DNA from: a virus
DNA length: 41,608 nt
Reading direction: 5' to 3' (one strand)
Virus record (IMG/VR): IMGVR_UViG_3300032080_000012
Location: 1-41,608 of that record
Shown: piece by piece, positions 14,810 through 22,256 of the stretch
How the letters are laid out: each line of letters starts with the position of its first letter
Numbering within the stretch: position 1 is the stretch's first letter
The notes under the pieces: generated by a model
Told to the model about the DNA's origin: nothing
The model's input: only the letters and a program-made list of their open reading frames with translations
Databases searched by the model: none
Program-made: the position numbers and the translations under genes

Positions 14810-16074
14810 GACGCCGGGGCGGGGTCGATTCCGGGCAGTGTCGGCTGCGTCGCTCGCGACGGCGCGGTGGTCGCCTTGTCGATGGCCGGCAGGCCGTACT
14901 GCTGGCGCACGGTCTCCTTCAGCACGTCGTCGGCGGTGATCAGGCCCGCGTCGACGAGCGCCTTCAGCGCCTGCGCGGTCGCGGCCTGCCTGCTGCCGAT
15001 CTCGTCGAAGACGACCCGCGGGGCGGGTTCAGTCGGGCCGAAGTTGATGTCGACCAGGTCCTCGACGATGTGCTGCGTCGCCGTGTCGGCGATCTGCTGG
15101 GCGAGGGTCTGCAGCGACAGGACGAAGAAGTCGGCGAACGTGGTGCCGAGCGCCCACGAGCCCGTCTGCGTGCCCAGGTTCAGGAAGTGCGCAAGGACGG
15201 CGCGGCCGATCTGCTCGTCGTGGTAGCGGATCGACGGCAGCGCCTGCGGCAGGGTGCCCTCGACGCCGCGCAGCACCATGTCGGCGGTGTTTGCCACTGC
15301 AGAACCCGCGGTCTCGCCGGCGCGCCACGCCCTGGCCATCGCCAGGCCGGCCGACAGGTCTTCCTCGCCCTCGGCGGCCTTGTACAGCGGGACGCCCATG
15401 CCGTTGCGCTCGATCGTCTGCGCATCGACCCTGAGCAGCCGGTCCTTGATCAGCCAGTGCTTGTACGCAGGGCGCAGCAGGGAGAACCCCAGCCAGTTGC
15501 CGCCCTCCTTCTCATGCACGTACGCCACGAGGCGGTCGACCGGGATGGGCCGCTGCCGCGTCGAGGTCATCGTCGAGTACTGGGTGATGGAGACCAGACC
15601 GCCGTCGGGGGCGACCTTGACCTCTTCGATCGTTCGCGGCATCCGGGGCGCCAGCTTGCGCAGCCTCGCCCGGTCGCCGCCCTCGTCGGGCCGGTAGACC
15701 TGCTCGAAGTACATGTGTCCGAACGGCAGCATCAGCAGCGCGTCACGTAGGTGCTCTGGCCACGAGAACCGGTCCCGGGTGCGCAGCGTCGCCTTCGGCT
15801 CCTTGCCGACCACGGGCAGGCCGAGGTTGTCGGCGACGAACTGCGTCACCCGAGCCTTCGCGCCGGCCGGATCGATGCGCCACGGCGTACGCCGCACTGG
15901 CAGCGTCACCGCGCGCAGCACGCTGGCGACCTGCGCGTCCTGCCGGCGCATCTGGTCGTAGACGGTCACCGACAGCGGCCATTGCAGCTCTGGCGTCGTC
16001 TCGGTCTCGTCGTAGTTCCACCAGTTGCGCGCCTCGGTGGCATAGCCGATCTCGTTCTTCGGTGCGACGACCAC
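14806..16074 (-). CDS. portal protein
   Basis: 422 aa, directly downstream of the large terminase. Size and sequence character are typical of portals. Confidence 0.8.
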   Translation of the reverse strand: MVVAPKNEIGYATEARNWWNYDETETTPELQWPLSVTVYDQMRRQDAQVASVLRAVTLPVRRTPWRIDPAGAKARVTQFVADNLGLPVVGKEPKATLRTRDRFSWPEHLRDALLMLPFGHMYFEQVYRPDEGGDRARLRKLAPRMPRTIEEVKVAPDGGLVSITQYSTMTSTRQRPIPVDRLVAYVHEKEGGNWLGFSLLRPAYKHWLIKDRLLRVDAQTIERNGMGVPLYKAAEGEEDLSAGLAMARAWRAGETAGSAVANTADMVLRGVEGTLPQALPSIRYHDEQIGRAVLAHFLNLGTQTGSWALGTTFADFFVLSLQTLAQQIADTATQHIVEDLVDINFGPTEPAPRVVFDEIGSRQAATAQALKALVDAGLITADDVLKETVRQQYGLPAIDKATTAPSRATQPTLPGIDPAPAS

Positions 16075-16090
16075 GGGCCACCTCCTCGCG

Positions 16091-17608
16091 TCAGAAACCG
16101 GCAGTCGCCAGTTCGCTCGTCTCGGACCGACCGGAGCCGGCTGCGATCACCTGCGGTGCCGGCGGCGGGGCTTGCGGCGGCGGCGACACGGACAGGCCCC
16201 AGTGGGCGCCGGTCGCACCTACCAGGGGGCTGATGTCGGTCTCGGACTTACGTCGCGACCACGCCCACAGGCCGTCGCCGATCTCGCGCCGGCCGGCCGA
16301 AGCCACCGCGCGGTTCAGTGCCGGGTCGTCGAGGTGGCGCAGGCCCTTGTCGGTGACGACCGCAGCGAACGCCTCGCAGGCTTGGCCGAGGTCGCGGGTG
16401 GACATCTGCCGCGGCTCGATGCCGTGCGCGAGCAGGTCGGGCAACAGCGCGCCGGCCGGGCCGCCCGGATCGAGGATCCAGTCGATCGGCTTGTGGCGTT
16501 GCAGCTGCACGGCGCGCGGTGCGGCCCAGTCGGAGCCGGCGCCGTGCGCGACGACCTCGATATGCGGCAGGCCGTCAGGGCGGTACATGGCGGCGACGAT
16601 CGCCACCGACCTCAGCCCGGGCGACGCGTCGATCATGAACACCGGACGACCGTTCGGCTTGGACTTCTCATCCTTGCAGTCGGACCACGCGGCCAGCGGC
16701 AGACCGCCGACGCCGGCCGGCTCGGTGAACCAGCCGAGGCGCTCGCGGCCGAACTCCTCGGGCGGTAGCGCCCGACGCTCGGCGCGGATGTAGGTGACGG
16801 CGATCCGGCGGCCGAGGGACGGGTTCGCCAGCCGCCAGAGGTCCTCGTCGTCGAGGACGCAGCCGTCGGTGTCGACTGTGTGCGGGCATTCCGGGCCCAG
16901 CTCGCAGCCCGGGTGGTCCCAGGATCCGGGCGCGCAGTGCTCGATGTAGACCAGCGACGGGTCGCCGCCCTTGCGGCCGCGGTCCCGCAGGATCCGCAGG
17001 TGGTCTGAGCCGAGCACGCCGGCGCTCGATGCGTAGTTGATCTGCGGGTCGCCGGTCATTGAGCGCGCGGCGAGGGTCGGGAGCAGTGCGCCCATGGCCT
17101 CGGACGACAGGAACAGCGCCTCGTCCATCACGATCCGCTTGCCGCCGATGCCGCGGCCACCACCCTTGGACCGGGCCAGGAAGTCCAGCCGGGCGCCGTT
17201 GTGCAACTGCACCGACTCTTCGCCGTTGGCGTAGGAGACCTTCTTGACCCGCTTCGACAGCTCCGGCGTCGCGGCGATCATCCGGTCGAAGTCGTTGAAC
17301 GCGTCCCGCGCGGTGCGGAACAGGTGCGCCGTCCACACGATCCGGTCCGGCGGCATCAGGAACAGGTCGAAGAGCACGACCGGCACCAGCTCGCCGCCGG
17401 TCTTGCCGTTCTGCCGCGGCTCCAGCCGGCACGTTTCCAGTGCCGCCCACCGGCCGCCCGGCCCGTACGACAGCATCGCGTCGACCGCGACCTGCTGCTC
17501 GGCGTCGAGCTCCCGGCCGGCGATCGCGGCCAGGTCGATCGCCTCGTCGGCGTACGAACCTTGTCGCGGCGGGATCCACAGATGCGCCGGCGCGACCGGC
17601 TCAGCCAC
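16091..17608 (-). CDS. terL: terminase large subunit
   Basis: 505 aa, with a Walker-A-like PRQNGKTGG near the N-terminus. Overlaps the small subunit gene and is followed by the portal gene. Confidence 0.9.
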   Translation of the reverse strand: MAEPVAPAHLWIPPRQGSYADEAIDLAAIAGRELDAEQQVAVDAMLSYGPGGRWAALETCRLEPRQNGKTGGELVPVVLFDLFLMPPDRIVWTAHLFRTARDAFNDFDRMIAATPELSKRVKKVSYANGEESVQLHNGARLDFLARSKGGGRGIGGKRIVMDEALFLSSEAMGALLPTLAARSMTGDPQINYASSAGVLGSDHLRILRDRGRKGGDPSLVYIEHCAPGSWDHPGCELGPECPHTVDTDGCVLDDEDLWRLANPSLGRRIAVTYIRAERRALPPEEFGRERLGWFTEPAGVGGLPLAAWSDCKDEKSKPNGRPVFMIDASPGLRSVAIVAAMYRPDGLPHIEVVAHGAGSDWAAPRAVQLQRHKPIDWILDPGGPAGALLPDLLAHGIEPRQMSTRDLGQACEAFAAVVTDKGLRHLDDPALNRAVASAGRREIGDGLWAWSRRKSETDISPLVGATGAHWGLSVSPPPQAPPPAPQVIAAGSGRSETSELATAGF

Positions 17609-18014
17609 CAGAGGCCCGCTTCAGCCGGCGCGACGCCAGCTCGTCGAGCGAATCGGCCTGCTTGGCGACGTCCTTGAGCGCGTCGGCCATGACCGCGCGG
17701 AACTCCTTCGACGCCGCGGCCTTCGCCGAGCCTGTATCGCGGCTGGCGCACACCTGAGCGGCCAGCTCAAGCGCCAGATGACCGGCAACGGTGTCTAGAA
17801 CCCCGGCTGCGTCGAGTTCGCGGCGCGTGGCGTCCACCAGAGCGAATTCCGAGCCATCGAGCGGCGAAACGGGCGCCAGTTGGACGATGTTCGGCGATGA
17901 ATCGGCGTTTCGCTGGCCTCTGGACGCCCTCTGGCGGCACTTGTTGCTGCACAGGCGGGCCCGGATGCTGCGCGCTTCGAACTCTTCGCCGCACTGATCG
18001 CAGGTAACCCTCAC
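17601..18014 (-). CDS. terS: terminase small subunit (N-terminal zinc ribbon)
   Basis: 137 aa, MRVTCDQCGEEFEARSIRARLCSNKCRQRASRG.. followed by a helical domain. 8-nt overlap with terL, and an HNH gene lies upstream. Confidence 0.7.
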   Translation of the reverse strand: MRVTCDQCGEEFEARSIRARLCSNKCRQRASRGQRNADSSPNIVQLAPVSPLDGSEFALVDATRRELDAAGVLDTVAGHLALELAAQVCASRDTGSAKAAASKEFRAVMADALKDVAKQADSLDELASRRLKRASGG

Positions 18015-18197
18015 CGAGGATCACCTCACTCAGAGTTAGCCATCCCGGTCGATTTGGGTCGACCGAAAGTGACGCTCGGTGACTTTAAGTGCATGGGGAG
18101 AGAAGAGCCGCATCCTGCGGGGGTCCTATGACCTGTTGATCTAGATTTTTTCGGGCATCGCTCCGCAGTCGATAGCCCTGCGTAATCTCACGCTGTG
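18015..18197. other. candidate cos / packaging-recognition region
   Basis: 183-nt noncoding gap between the HNH and terS genes, with visibly lower GC (..tttaagtgcatgggg.., ..gatctagattttttcggg..) and a short palindrome ggtcga-tttggg-tcgacc. The HNH-TerS-TerL arrangement is typical of cos phages. The exact cut site is unknown. Confidence 0.35.
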
Positions 18198-18473
18198 TTA
18201 CCAAGCGCGGCTGTGCTTGAGCCCTTTGCGCACTGCGTGGCTGTTCGCTGCGCCGGCTCTGCGGTTGCATCCCTGATGCTCGGGCCCGCTCCATGCGCTG
18301 CGGTCTTCGGTGTGGCCCATGTCCCACTGCTCGTGAGGCCCGATGCGCAGGCCGCAACGTGCGCAGTCCACCTGCCCACGCCTGACCCTGGGTGCCCAGG
18401 CCTTGCGCTGCTTCTCGTGGGCCAGGCCGTATCCGCGGGCTGCGGTGCTACCCGTGCTGGGCATGGCCACCAC
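18198..18473 (-). CDS. HNH endonuclease (terminase-associated)
   Basis: 91 aa, ..VDCARCGLRIGPHEQWDMGHTEDRSAWSGPEHQGCNRRAG.. (CxxC, H-N/H-H pattern), immediately upstream of terS. The second ATG (MPSTGS) with an AGGTGG RBS is an alternative start. Confidence 0.75.
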   Translation of the reverse strand: MVAMPSTGSTAARGYGLAHEKQRKAWAPRVRRGQVDCARCGLRIGPHEQWDMGHTEDRSAWSGPEHQGCNRRAGAANSHAVRKGLKHSRAW

Positions 18474-18489
18474 CTAGCGCCAGGTGTGA

Positions 18490-18530
18490 GCAGGGCGGCC
18501 CGGTTGTGTCCCGGCCCCTGGCCGCCCTGC
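18490..18530 (-). terminator. GC-rich hairpin (terminator/attenuator candidate)
   Basis: gcagggcggcc (18490..18500) pairs perfectly with ggccgccctgc (18520..18530). Lies in the gap between the early region and the HNH gene. No clear U-tract. Confidence 0.4.
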
Positions 18531-18561
18531 TGGTCCCCTGCCGGGGGTCTGGATACGACGA

Positions 18562-18588
18562 AGCCCCCGGGCTGTGGCTCCGGGGGCT
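18562..18588 (-). terminator. GC-rich hairpin (terminator/attenuator candidate)
   Basis: agcccccgg (18562..18570) pairs with ccgggggct (18580..18588). On the minus strand it is followed by ttcgtcgtat, a weak U-tract. Confidence 0.4.
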
Positions 18589-18635
18589 GTCGTGGTCTTG
18601 GCTCTGGGCACACTTCACCTGCCCAGATGGCGGCA

Positions 18636-18664
18636 ACAGTACAGCGAGTGATCAGGTCAGGCAA
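18636..18664 (-). promoter_or_regulatory. candidate late promoter (minus strand)
   Basis: The minus strand reads TTGCCT, then 17 nt, then TACTGT (TAnnnT). It lies just downstream of the stop at 18681 and upstream of the two hairpins. Pattern match only. Confidence 0.3.
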
Positions 18665-18680
18665 CTACCGTCGCTGAGCG

Positions 18681-18944
18681 TCATGCAGGTGGGGTGCCGA
18701 GGGTCTTGGCCAGCACCCAGACAGCGTCATCCTCGGTCGGGTGGGAGGCGTAGTAGAGCCATCCATCGTGGCCGCCTACCTGCTCGACCAGCCATCCGTC
18801 GGCGACCTTGCGGGCGTAGGCGATGGCTGCCTCTTCGGTGGTGAACACCTCGGGCACGGGGTCGGTGTGCCGGTCGCAGATCATTGCGACGTAGACCCGC
18901 CGCTGCGGGACGTTGACCCAGCTCATGCCGGGGATGGCACTCAC
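18681..18944 (-). CDS. hypothetical protein
   Basis: 87-aa ORF with normal composition. Its GTG start overlaps the upstream stop (GTGA). Confidence 0.6.
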   Translation of the reverse strand: MSAIPGMSWVNVPQRRVYVAMICDRHTDPVPEVFTTEEAAIAYARKVADGWLVEQVGGHDGWLYYASHPTEDDAVWVLAKTLGTPPA

Positions 18945-19984
18945 GCGCTCACCCTCTCATCCTCGGCCGCTCGTGCGGTCCGTCGTGGCGTGTTGGCGAG
19001 CCGGTCGATGACGTCGCCGAACCGATACGTCGGCGAGCGCTCCTCGTCGGTGCCCGTGCTGCCCGCGATCCAGCCGTGCGCGGTCAGCCGCCCGCGTTGC
19101 ACCCACATCGAGATCAGCTTGCGGATCTGCTCCGAGGTCCGCTCATCCCAGTAGGCCGCGAGGTGGCCTGCCTCGGCCGCGGTGAAGAGCTTCTCCCGCA
19201 GGGCGTCGCGCAGGATGTCGCGGCTGCGGGCGACGTGCCAGACCATCTGGCACAGCTTCTCCGGGCACTGCACGACGGTGCGCCCGTCGGGTGCGTAGAG
19301 CACCTTGCCGCAGTCGCACATGCCCACCAGTGCCTGGGTTGCTGGCCGGTCCACCAGCGCGCGCAGCCTCGTGCAGGCGTCGGTGAGCTCGTCGAACGCC
19401 TCGCCAGCCTCGGGCCGTTTGCGCAGCCAGTCGACCTGAGTGGCGAGCCACGCCGCGGCCTCACCGAGCGCGGACGGCGGCAGGCGCCGCTGGATGCCCG
19501 CGCAGCTGTCGTGCTCGCAGGTGCCGGCGCACAGCGGGCCGTGCTCGCAGGTGCCGGCGCACAGCGGGCCGAGCTGCGGCCGGCGTGCGGGCAGTTCAGT
19601 GCCGCGGGTCTCGCAGACGTGCCGCGCCCAGGCGGTGATGGTGTTGGCGACGTCGCCGAGACGCTCGGACGCGCCAAGGTCGACGGGTATGGGCTCGGCT
19701 CGCAGCCCTCCGGCCTTGGGACGTTCGACGCTGGCCTGCCATCCGAAGGCGGCGACGGGGTTGCGCCGGTTGACCTCGGCGCTGCGGGCGGGTTCGGCCT
19801 CGGGCTTGCGTGCGCTTCCGCCGGTCCCGTAGCGCGCCTGACGGGCCAGCACGGTCCAGGCATCCTCCGCGTGCCCGGCGGCCTCTCGCAGCTTCTGGGC
19901 CAAGCTGAGGGCGTCCGCGTGGCACGCGTATCCGTCGGCCGTGGGCCGCCCGCAGCAGACGCACGTCGGGGTCGTGGCGGTCAT
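18941..19984 (-). CDS. multi-zinc-ribbon protein, candidate late-gene regulator
   Basis: 347 aa, from the ATG that overlaps the upstream stop (ATGA). Cys clusters: CVCCGRPTADGYAC, GPLCAGTCEH x2, CDCGKVLYAPDGRTVVQCPEKLC. Helical C-terminus. It is the last large gene before the packaging genes. Confidence 0.6.
   Translation of the reverse strand: MTATTPTCVCCGRPTADGYACHADALSLAQKLREAAGHAEDAWTVLARQARYGTGGSARKPEAEPARSAEVNRRNPVAAFGWQASVERPKAGGLRAEPIPVDLGASERLGDVANTITAWARHVCETRGTELPARRPQLGPLCAGTCEHGPLCAGTCEHDSCAGIQRRLPPSALGEAAAWLATQVDWLRKRPEAGEAFDELTDACTRLRALVDRPATQALVGMCDCGKVLYAPDGRTVVQCPEKLCQMVWHVARSRDILRDALREKLFTAAEAGHLAAYWDERTSEQIRKLISMWVQRGRLTAHGWIAGSTGTDEERSPTYRFGDVIDRLANTPRRTARAAEDERVSA
19511..19570. 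repeat. perfect 30-bp tandem duplication inside a CDS
   Basis: gtgctcgcaggtgccggcgcacagcgggcc occurs twice back to back (19511..19540 and 19541..19570). In frame, giving GPLCAGTCEH-GPLCAGTCEH. Confidence 0.9.
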
Positions 19985-20178
19985 CGGTCGCCTCGCAGTG
20001 CCCATTCCAGGGCGGCGATGAGCAGCAGCGCGCCAATCGTGGCACCGGCCACGATCGAAGCCCCGACCAGAGCGGCCAGCCCGAACGACATGCCCTCGTC
20101 GACCATGAATGCTCCTGTCATTCCCGCCCAGATCAGAGTGGCGACGGTGGTGAGGACGATGAGCAGGCGGCGGTTCAT
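19981..20178 (-). CDS. small membrane protein (2 predicted TM segments)
   Basis: 65 aa, MNRRLLIVLTTVATLIWAGMTGAFMVDEGMSFGLAALVGASIVAGATIGALLLIAALEWALRGDR. ATGA overlaps on both sides. Confidence 0.6.
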   Translation of the reverse strand: MNRRLLIVLTTVATLIWAGMTGAFMVDEGMSFGLAALVGASIVAGATIGALLLIAALEWALRGDR

Positions 20179-20363
20179 CGGCGGGCCTTCCGTCGGTATG
20201 CGGCGTGCATGCGGCTGATGCGCTTCCGGGTCGGCATCAGTGCCTGGCAGCCGGAGCACTCGCGCATCAGGGCCTTGACGATCGAGTCCGGGTTCTGCCT
20301 GGTGAGCGGGATTCCGTCGCCCATGATCTCGGCGTAGACGGCGGCGTAACCGTGCTGGTTCAC
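20175..20363 (-). CDS. small protein with basic C-terminal MHAAYRRKARR tail
   Basis: 62 aa, from a GTG overlapping the upstream stop (GTGA). VNQHGYAAVYAEIMGDGIPLTRQNPDSIVKALMRECSGCQALMPTRKRISRMHAAYRRKARR. Confidence 0.55.
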   Translation of the reverse strand: MNQHGYAAVYAEIMGDGIPLTRQNPDSIVKALMRECSGCQALMPTRKRISRMHAAYRRKARR

Positions 20364-20992
20364 CGGCAGACCTCCGTGTGTTCGTCGGCGCGCTGGTTCA
20401 GCTCGGCGAGGGTGGGCGGGTCGTCGATCGTGGCGTCCCAGCGGCAGCGTTCGCATTCGAGCACCAGCTGCGGGTCCTCGTAGGTCGCTGCGCCCCGGAC
20501 CTCGAAGCGCGTACGGCCCTCTGCGCCCTCAGAACCGTCCGACCCAGACTCGGGTACCCCTGGGGCGTCAGAGGCGCTCACGGGAGCGCTGAGAGGGCCG
20601 GGCGAGGGTCTCCAGCCCATCGCCACCATCGCCCGAACCACGGCGAGCGCGGTCTGTGGCTCGACGCCGGGACGTGCGGCCCGGACCCTGGTCGCCGCGT
20701 GCCGCAGCGCAAGGTCGCTCAGGGGCGCGCTGGATGGGCTGGACGGGGGGATGGCACGGTCGAAGGAGCACGGCCCGCAGCCCTTGCCGCCGGGTCGTCC
20801 GTGCGCGCATGGCTCGGCCTCGCCGTTGAGCAGCGCGCAGATCCGCTCGGCCAGCGCCTGGTCGCCGTTGACAACCACCGCGACGAGCTGGGCGCCGGGG
20901 TGGCCGTTGCAGGTGTCGAAGCAGTCGCCTCCGTGCTCGCCCTCGCGGACGATGGTGACGCCCCAGTGGTTGCCGGTGCGGTACGTGGTCAC
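20360..20992 (-). CDS. Cys/His-rich protein, paralog family A (copy 1)
   Basis: 210 aa from a GTG (GTGA overlap). VTTYRTGNHWGVTIVREGEHGGDCFDTCNGHPGAQLVAVVVNGDQALAERICALLN.. shares a scaffold with ORF 23789..24337. Confidence 0.65.
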   Translation of the reverse strand: MTTYRTGNHWGVTIVREGEHGGDCFDTCNGHPGAQLVAVVVNGDQALAERICALLNGEAEPCAHGRPGGKGCGPCSFDRAIPPSSPSSAPLSDLALRHAATRVRAARPGVEPQTALAVVRAMVAMGWRPSPGPLSAPVSASDAPGVPESGSDGSEGAEGRTRFEVRGAATYEDPQLVLECERCRWDATIDDPPTLAELNQRADEHTEVCR

Positions 20993-21171
20993 GGTCGCTC
21001 CTCGGGGTCGTGACACTCACAAAGGCACACGGTCGCGCCGCGGCAGGTGCTGTGATCGGTGTACTCGGCACAGGTGATCGTGAGTCCTAGGCGGGCGGCT
21101 TTCGCGATCGCCCGGTCGCGGATCTGCTTGCGCATGGCTCGGCGGCCGACAAGCTCGGTCGGGAAGCTCAC
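20989..21171 (-). CDS. small Cys-rich protein
   Basis: 60 aa from a GTG overlapping the upstream stop. ..AARLGLTITCAEYTDHSTCRGATVCLCECHDPEERP. The internal ATG (MRKQIRD..) is an alternative start. Confidence 0.5.
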   Translation of the reverse strand: MSFPTELVGRRAMRKQIRDRAIAKAARLGLTITCAEYTDHSTCRGATVCLCECHDPEERP

Positions 21172-21401
21172 GGTGTGTCCTCCCGGGGGATGAGGGCCAG
21201 GTTGCAGCCGAGGATGTCGAGGGCGGCCGTGAGCGTCGCGCCGACGGCCGGGTGGCCGCCGGTCTCCCAGCCGCGGAGCTGGGCGTTGACCGACGGGATG
21301 GCGCGGCCGGTGCGTTCGGCGATCTGCCGGGCGAGGTCGGCGCGGCTGATGCGGCACATCTCGCGGTAGTCGCCGAGGACGATCCCGACGAGGCGCTTCA
21401 C
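21168..21401 (-). CDS. XRE-family helix-turn-helix protein (tandem paralog 2)
   Basis: 77 aa from a GTG (GTGA overlap). ..MCRISRADLARQIAERTGRAIPSVNAQLRGWETGGHP..LDILGCNLALIPR. Confidence 0.6.
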   Translation of the reverse strand: MKRLVGIVLGDYREMCRISRADLARQIAERTGRAIPSVNAQLRGWETGGHPAVGATLTAALDILGCNLALIPREDTP

Positions 21402-21721
21402 GCGACGCTCCGGAGATGGGCCCGCTTGGCGCGGGGAACGGCGACGACGTCGTAGCCGAGGGCGTCGAGGCTCTCGATGAGCGCCCCGGCGGTCATGGCG
21501 CTGGCGTGCAGCTCGCGGTTGCACATGCCTTTGCGGGTGATGTGGCAGCGGGCGGCGACCTGGTCGAGGGTGAGGCCGGCGGTGTGGCGTAGGCGGCGGA
21601 TGAGGAATCCGAAGCGGCGGTCGCCGTCGGTCAGGGAGATTACGGGGCCGCGGGGACGTCGCTCGGCGAGGCGTTGGGCGGCGGCCTCGAACGCGTCGAG
21701 CTGGTCGCGAAGGTCGGTCAC
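21398..21721 (-). CDS. XRE-family helix-turn-helix protein (tandem paralog 1)
   Basis: 107 aa from a GTG (GTGA overlap). ..LRHTAGLTLDQVAARCHITRKGMCNRELHASAMTAGALIESLDALGYDVVAVPR. Confidence 0.6.
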   Translation of the reverse strand: MTDLRDQLDAFEAAAQRLAERRPRGPVISLTDGDRRFGFLIRRLRHTAGLTLDQVAARCHITRKGMCNRELHASAMTAGALIESLDALGYDVVAVPRAKRAHLRSVA

Positions 21722-21885
21722 GGCGTCCCCTTGCAGCATTCGGGCTGGACGTCCCCTTCGGGCTGGTGCAGCTCCCAGCTACCGACGCACCAGCGCGCTC
21801 GACGCATGCGGTCGAGCCAGCACCCGCAGGGTGCTTGGTGCAGGGTTGATCCGCACCGAAGGCAGTGGGCGTCGGTGCTGGCCAT
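21718..21885 (-). CDS. small zinc-finger protein
   Basis: 55 aa, MASTDAHCLRCGSTLHQAPCGCWLDRMRRARWCVGSWELHQPEGDVQPECCKGTP. The ATG shares its A with the upstream TGA. Confidence 0.5.
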   Translation of the reverse strand: MASTDAHCLRCGSTLHQAPCGCWLDRMRRARWCVGSWELHQPEGDVQPECCKGTP

Positions 21886-22256
21886 CAGGAGACCTCCAAT
21901 GGCAGCGGCAGGACGCCGGCGGCGACCAGGCGGCGGGCGCGGGTGGCGCGGGCGGTCTGGGCGTGGTGTTCGCGGTCGTAGCGCAGGTGGCATCCCTGGC
22001 ACATGGCGCGGAGGTTGGCGGGGTGCACGTTCTCGGGGGTGTGGTCGAGGTGGGCCACGGTGAGGACGATGCGGGCGCCGGTGACCGGGTTGGTCCAGCC
22101 GTTCCGCATCGGGCAGCGGCCGAGCGTGGATTCCGGCACGATCCCGCACTCGCCTCGGCATTCGCAGCGGCCGAGCGCGCGGATCCAGCGGATGGTCCAG
22201 GAGATGGCGGGCCAGTCGGCGGGGTAGCGGGCGACGTTCTCGGGACGGATGGGCAT
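21885..22256 (-). CDS. HNH-type nuclease
   Basis: 123 aa, ..GRCECRGECG...LTVAHLDHTPENVHPANLRAMCQGCHLRYD.. (HNH signature). The ATG overlaps the upstream TAA (TAATG). Confidence 0.6.
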   Translation of the reverse strand: MPIRPENVARYPADWPAISWTIRWIRALGRCECRGECGIVPESTLGRCPMRNGWTNPVTGARIVLTVAHLDHTPENVHPANLRAMCQGCHLRYDREHHAQTARATRARRLVAAGVLPLPLEVS

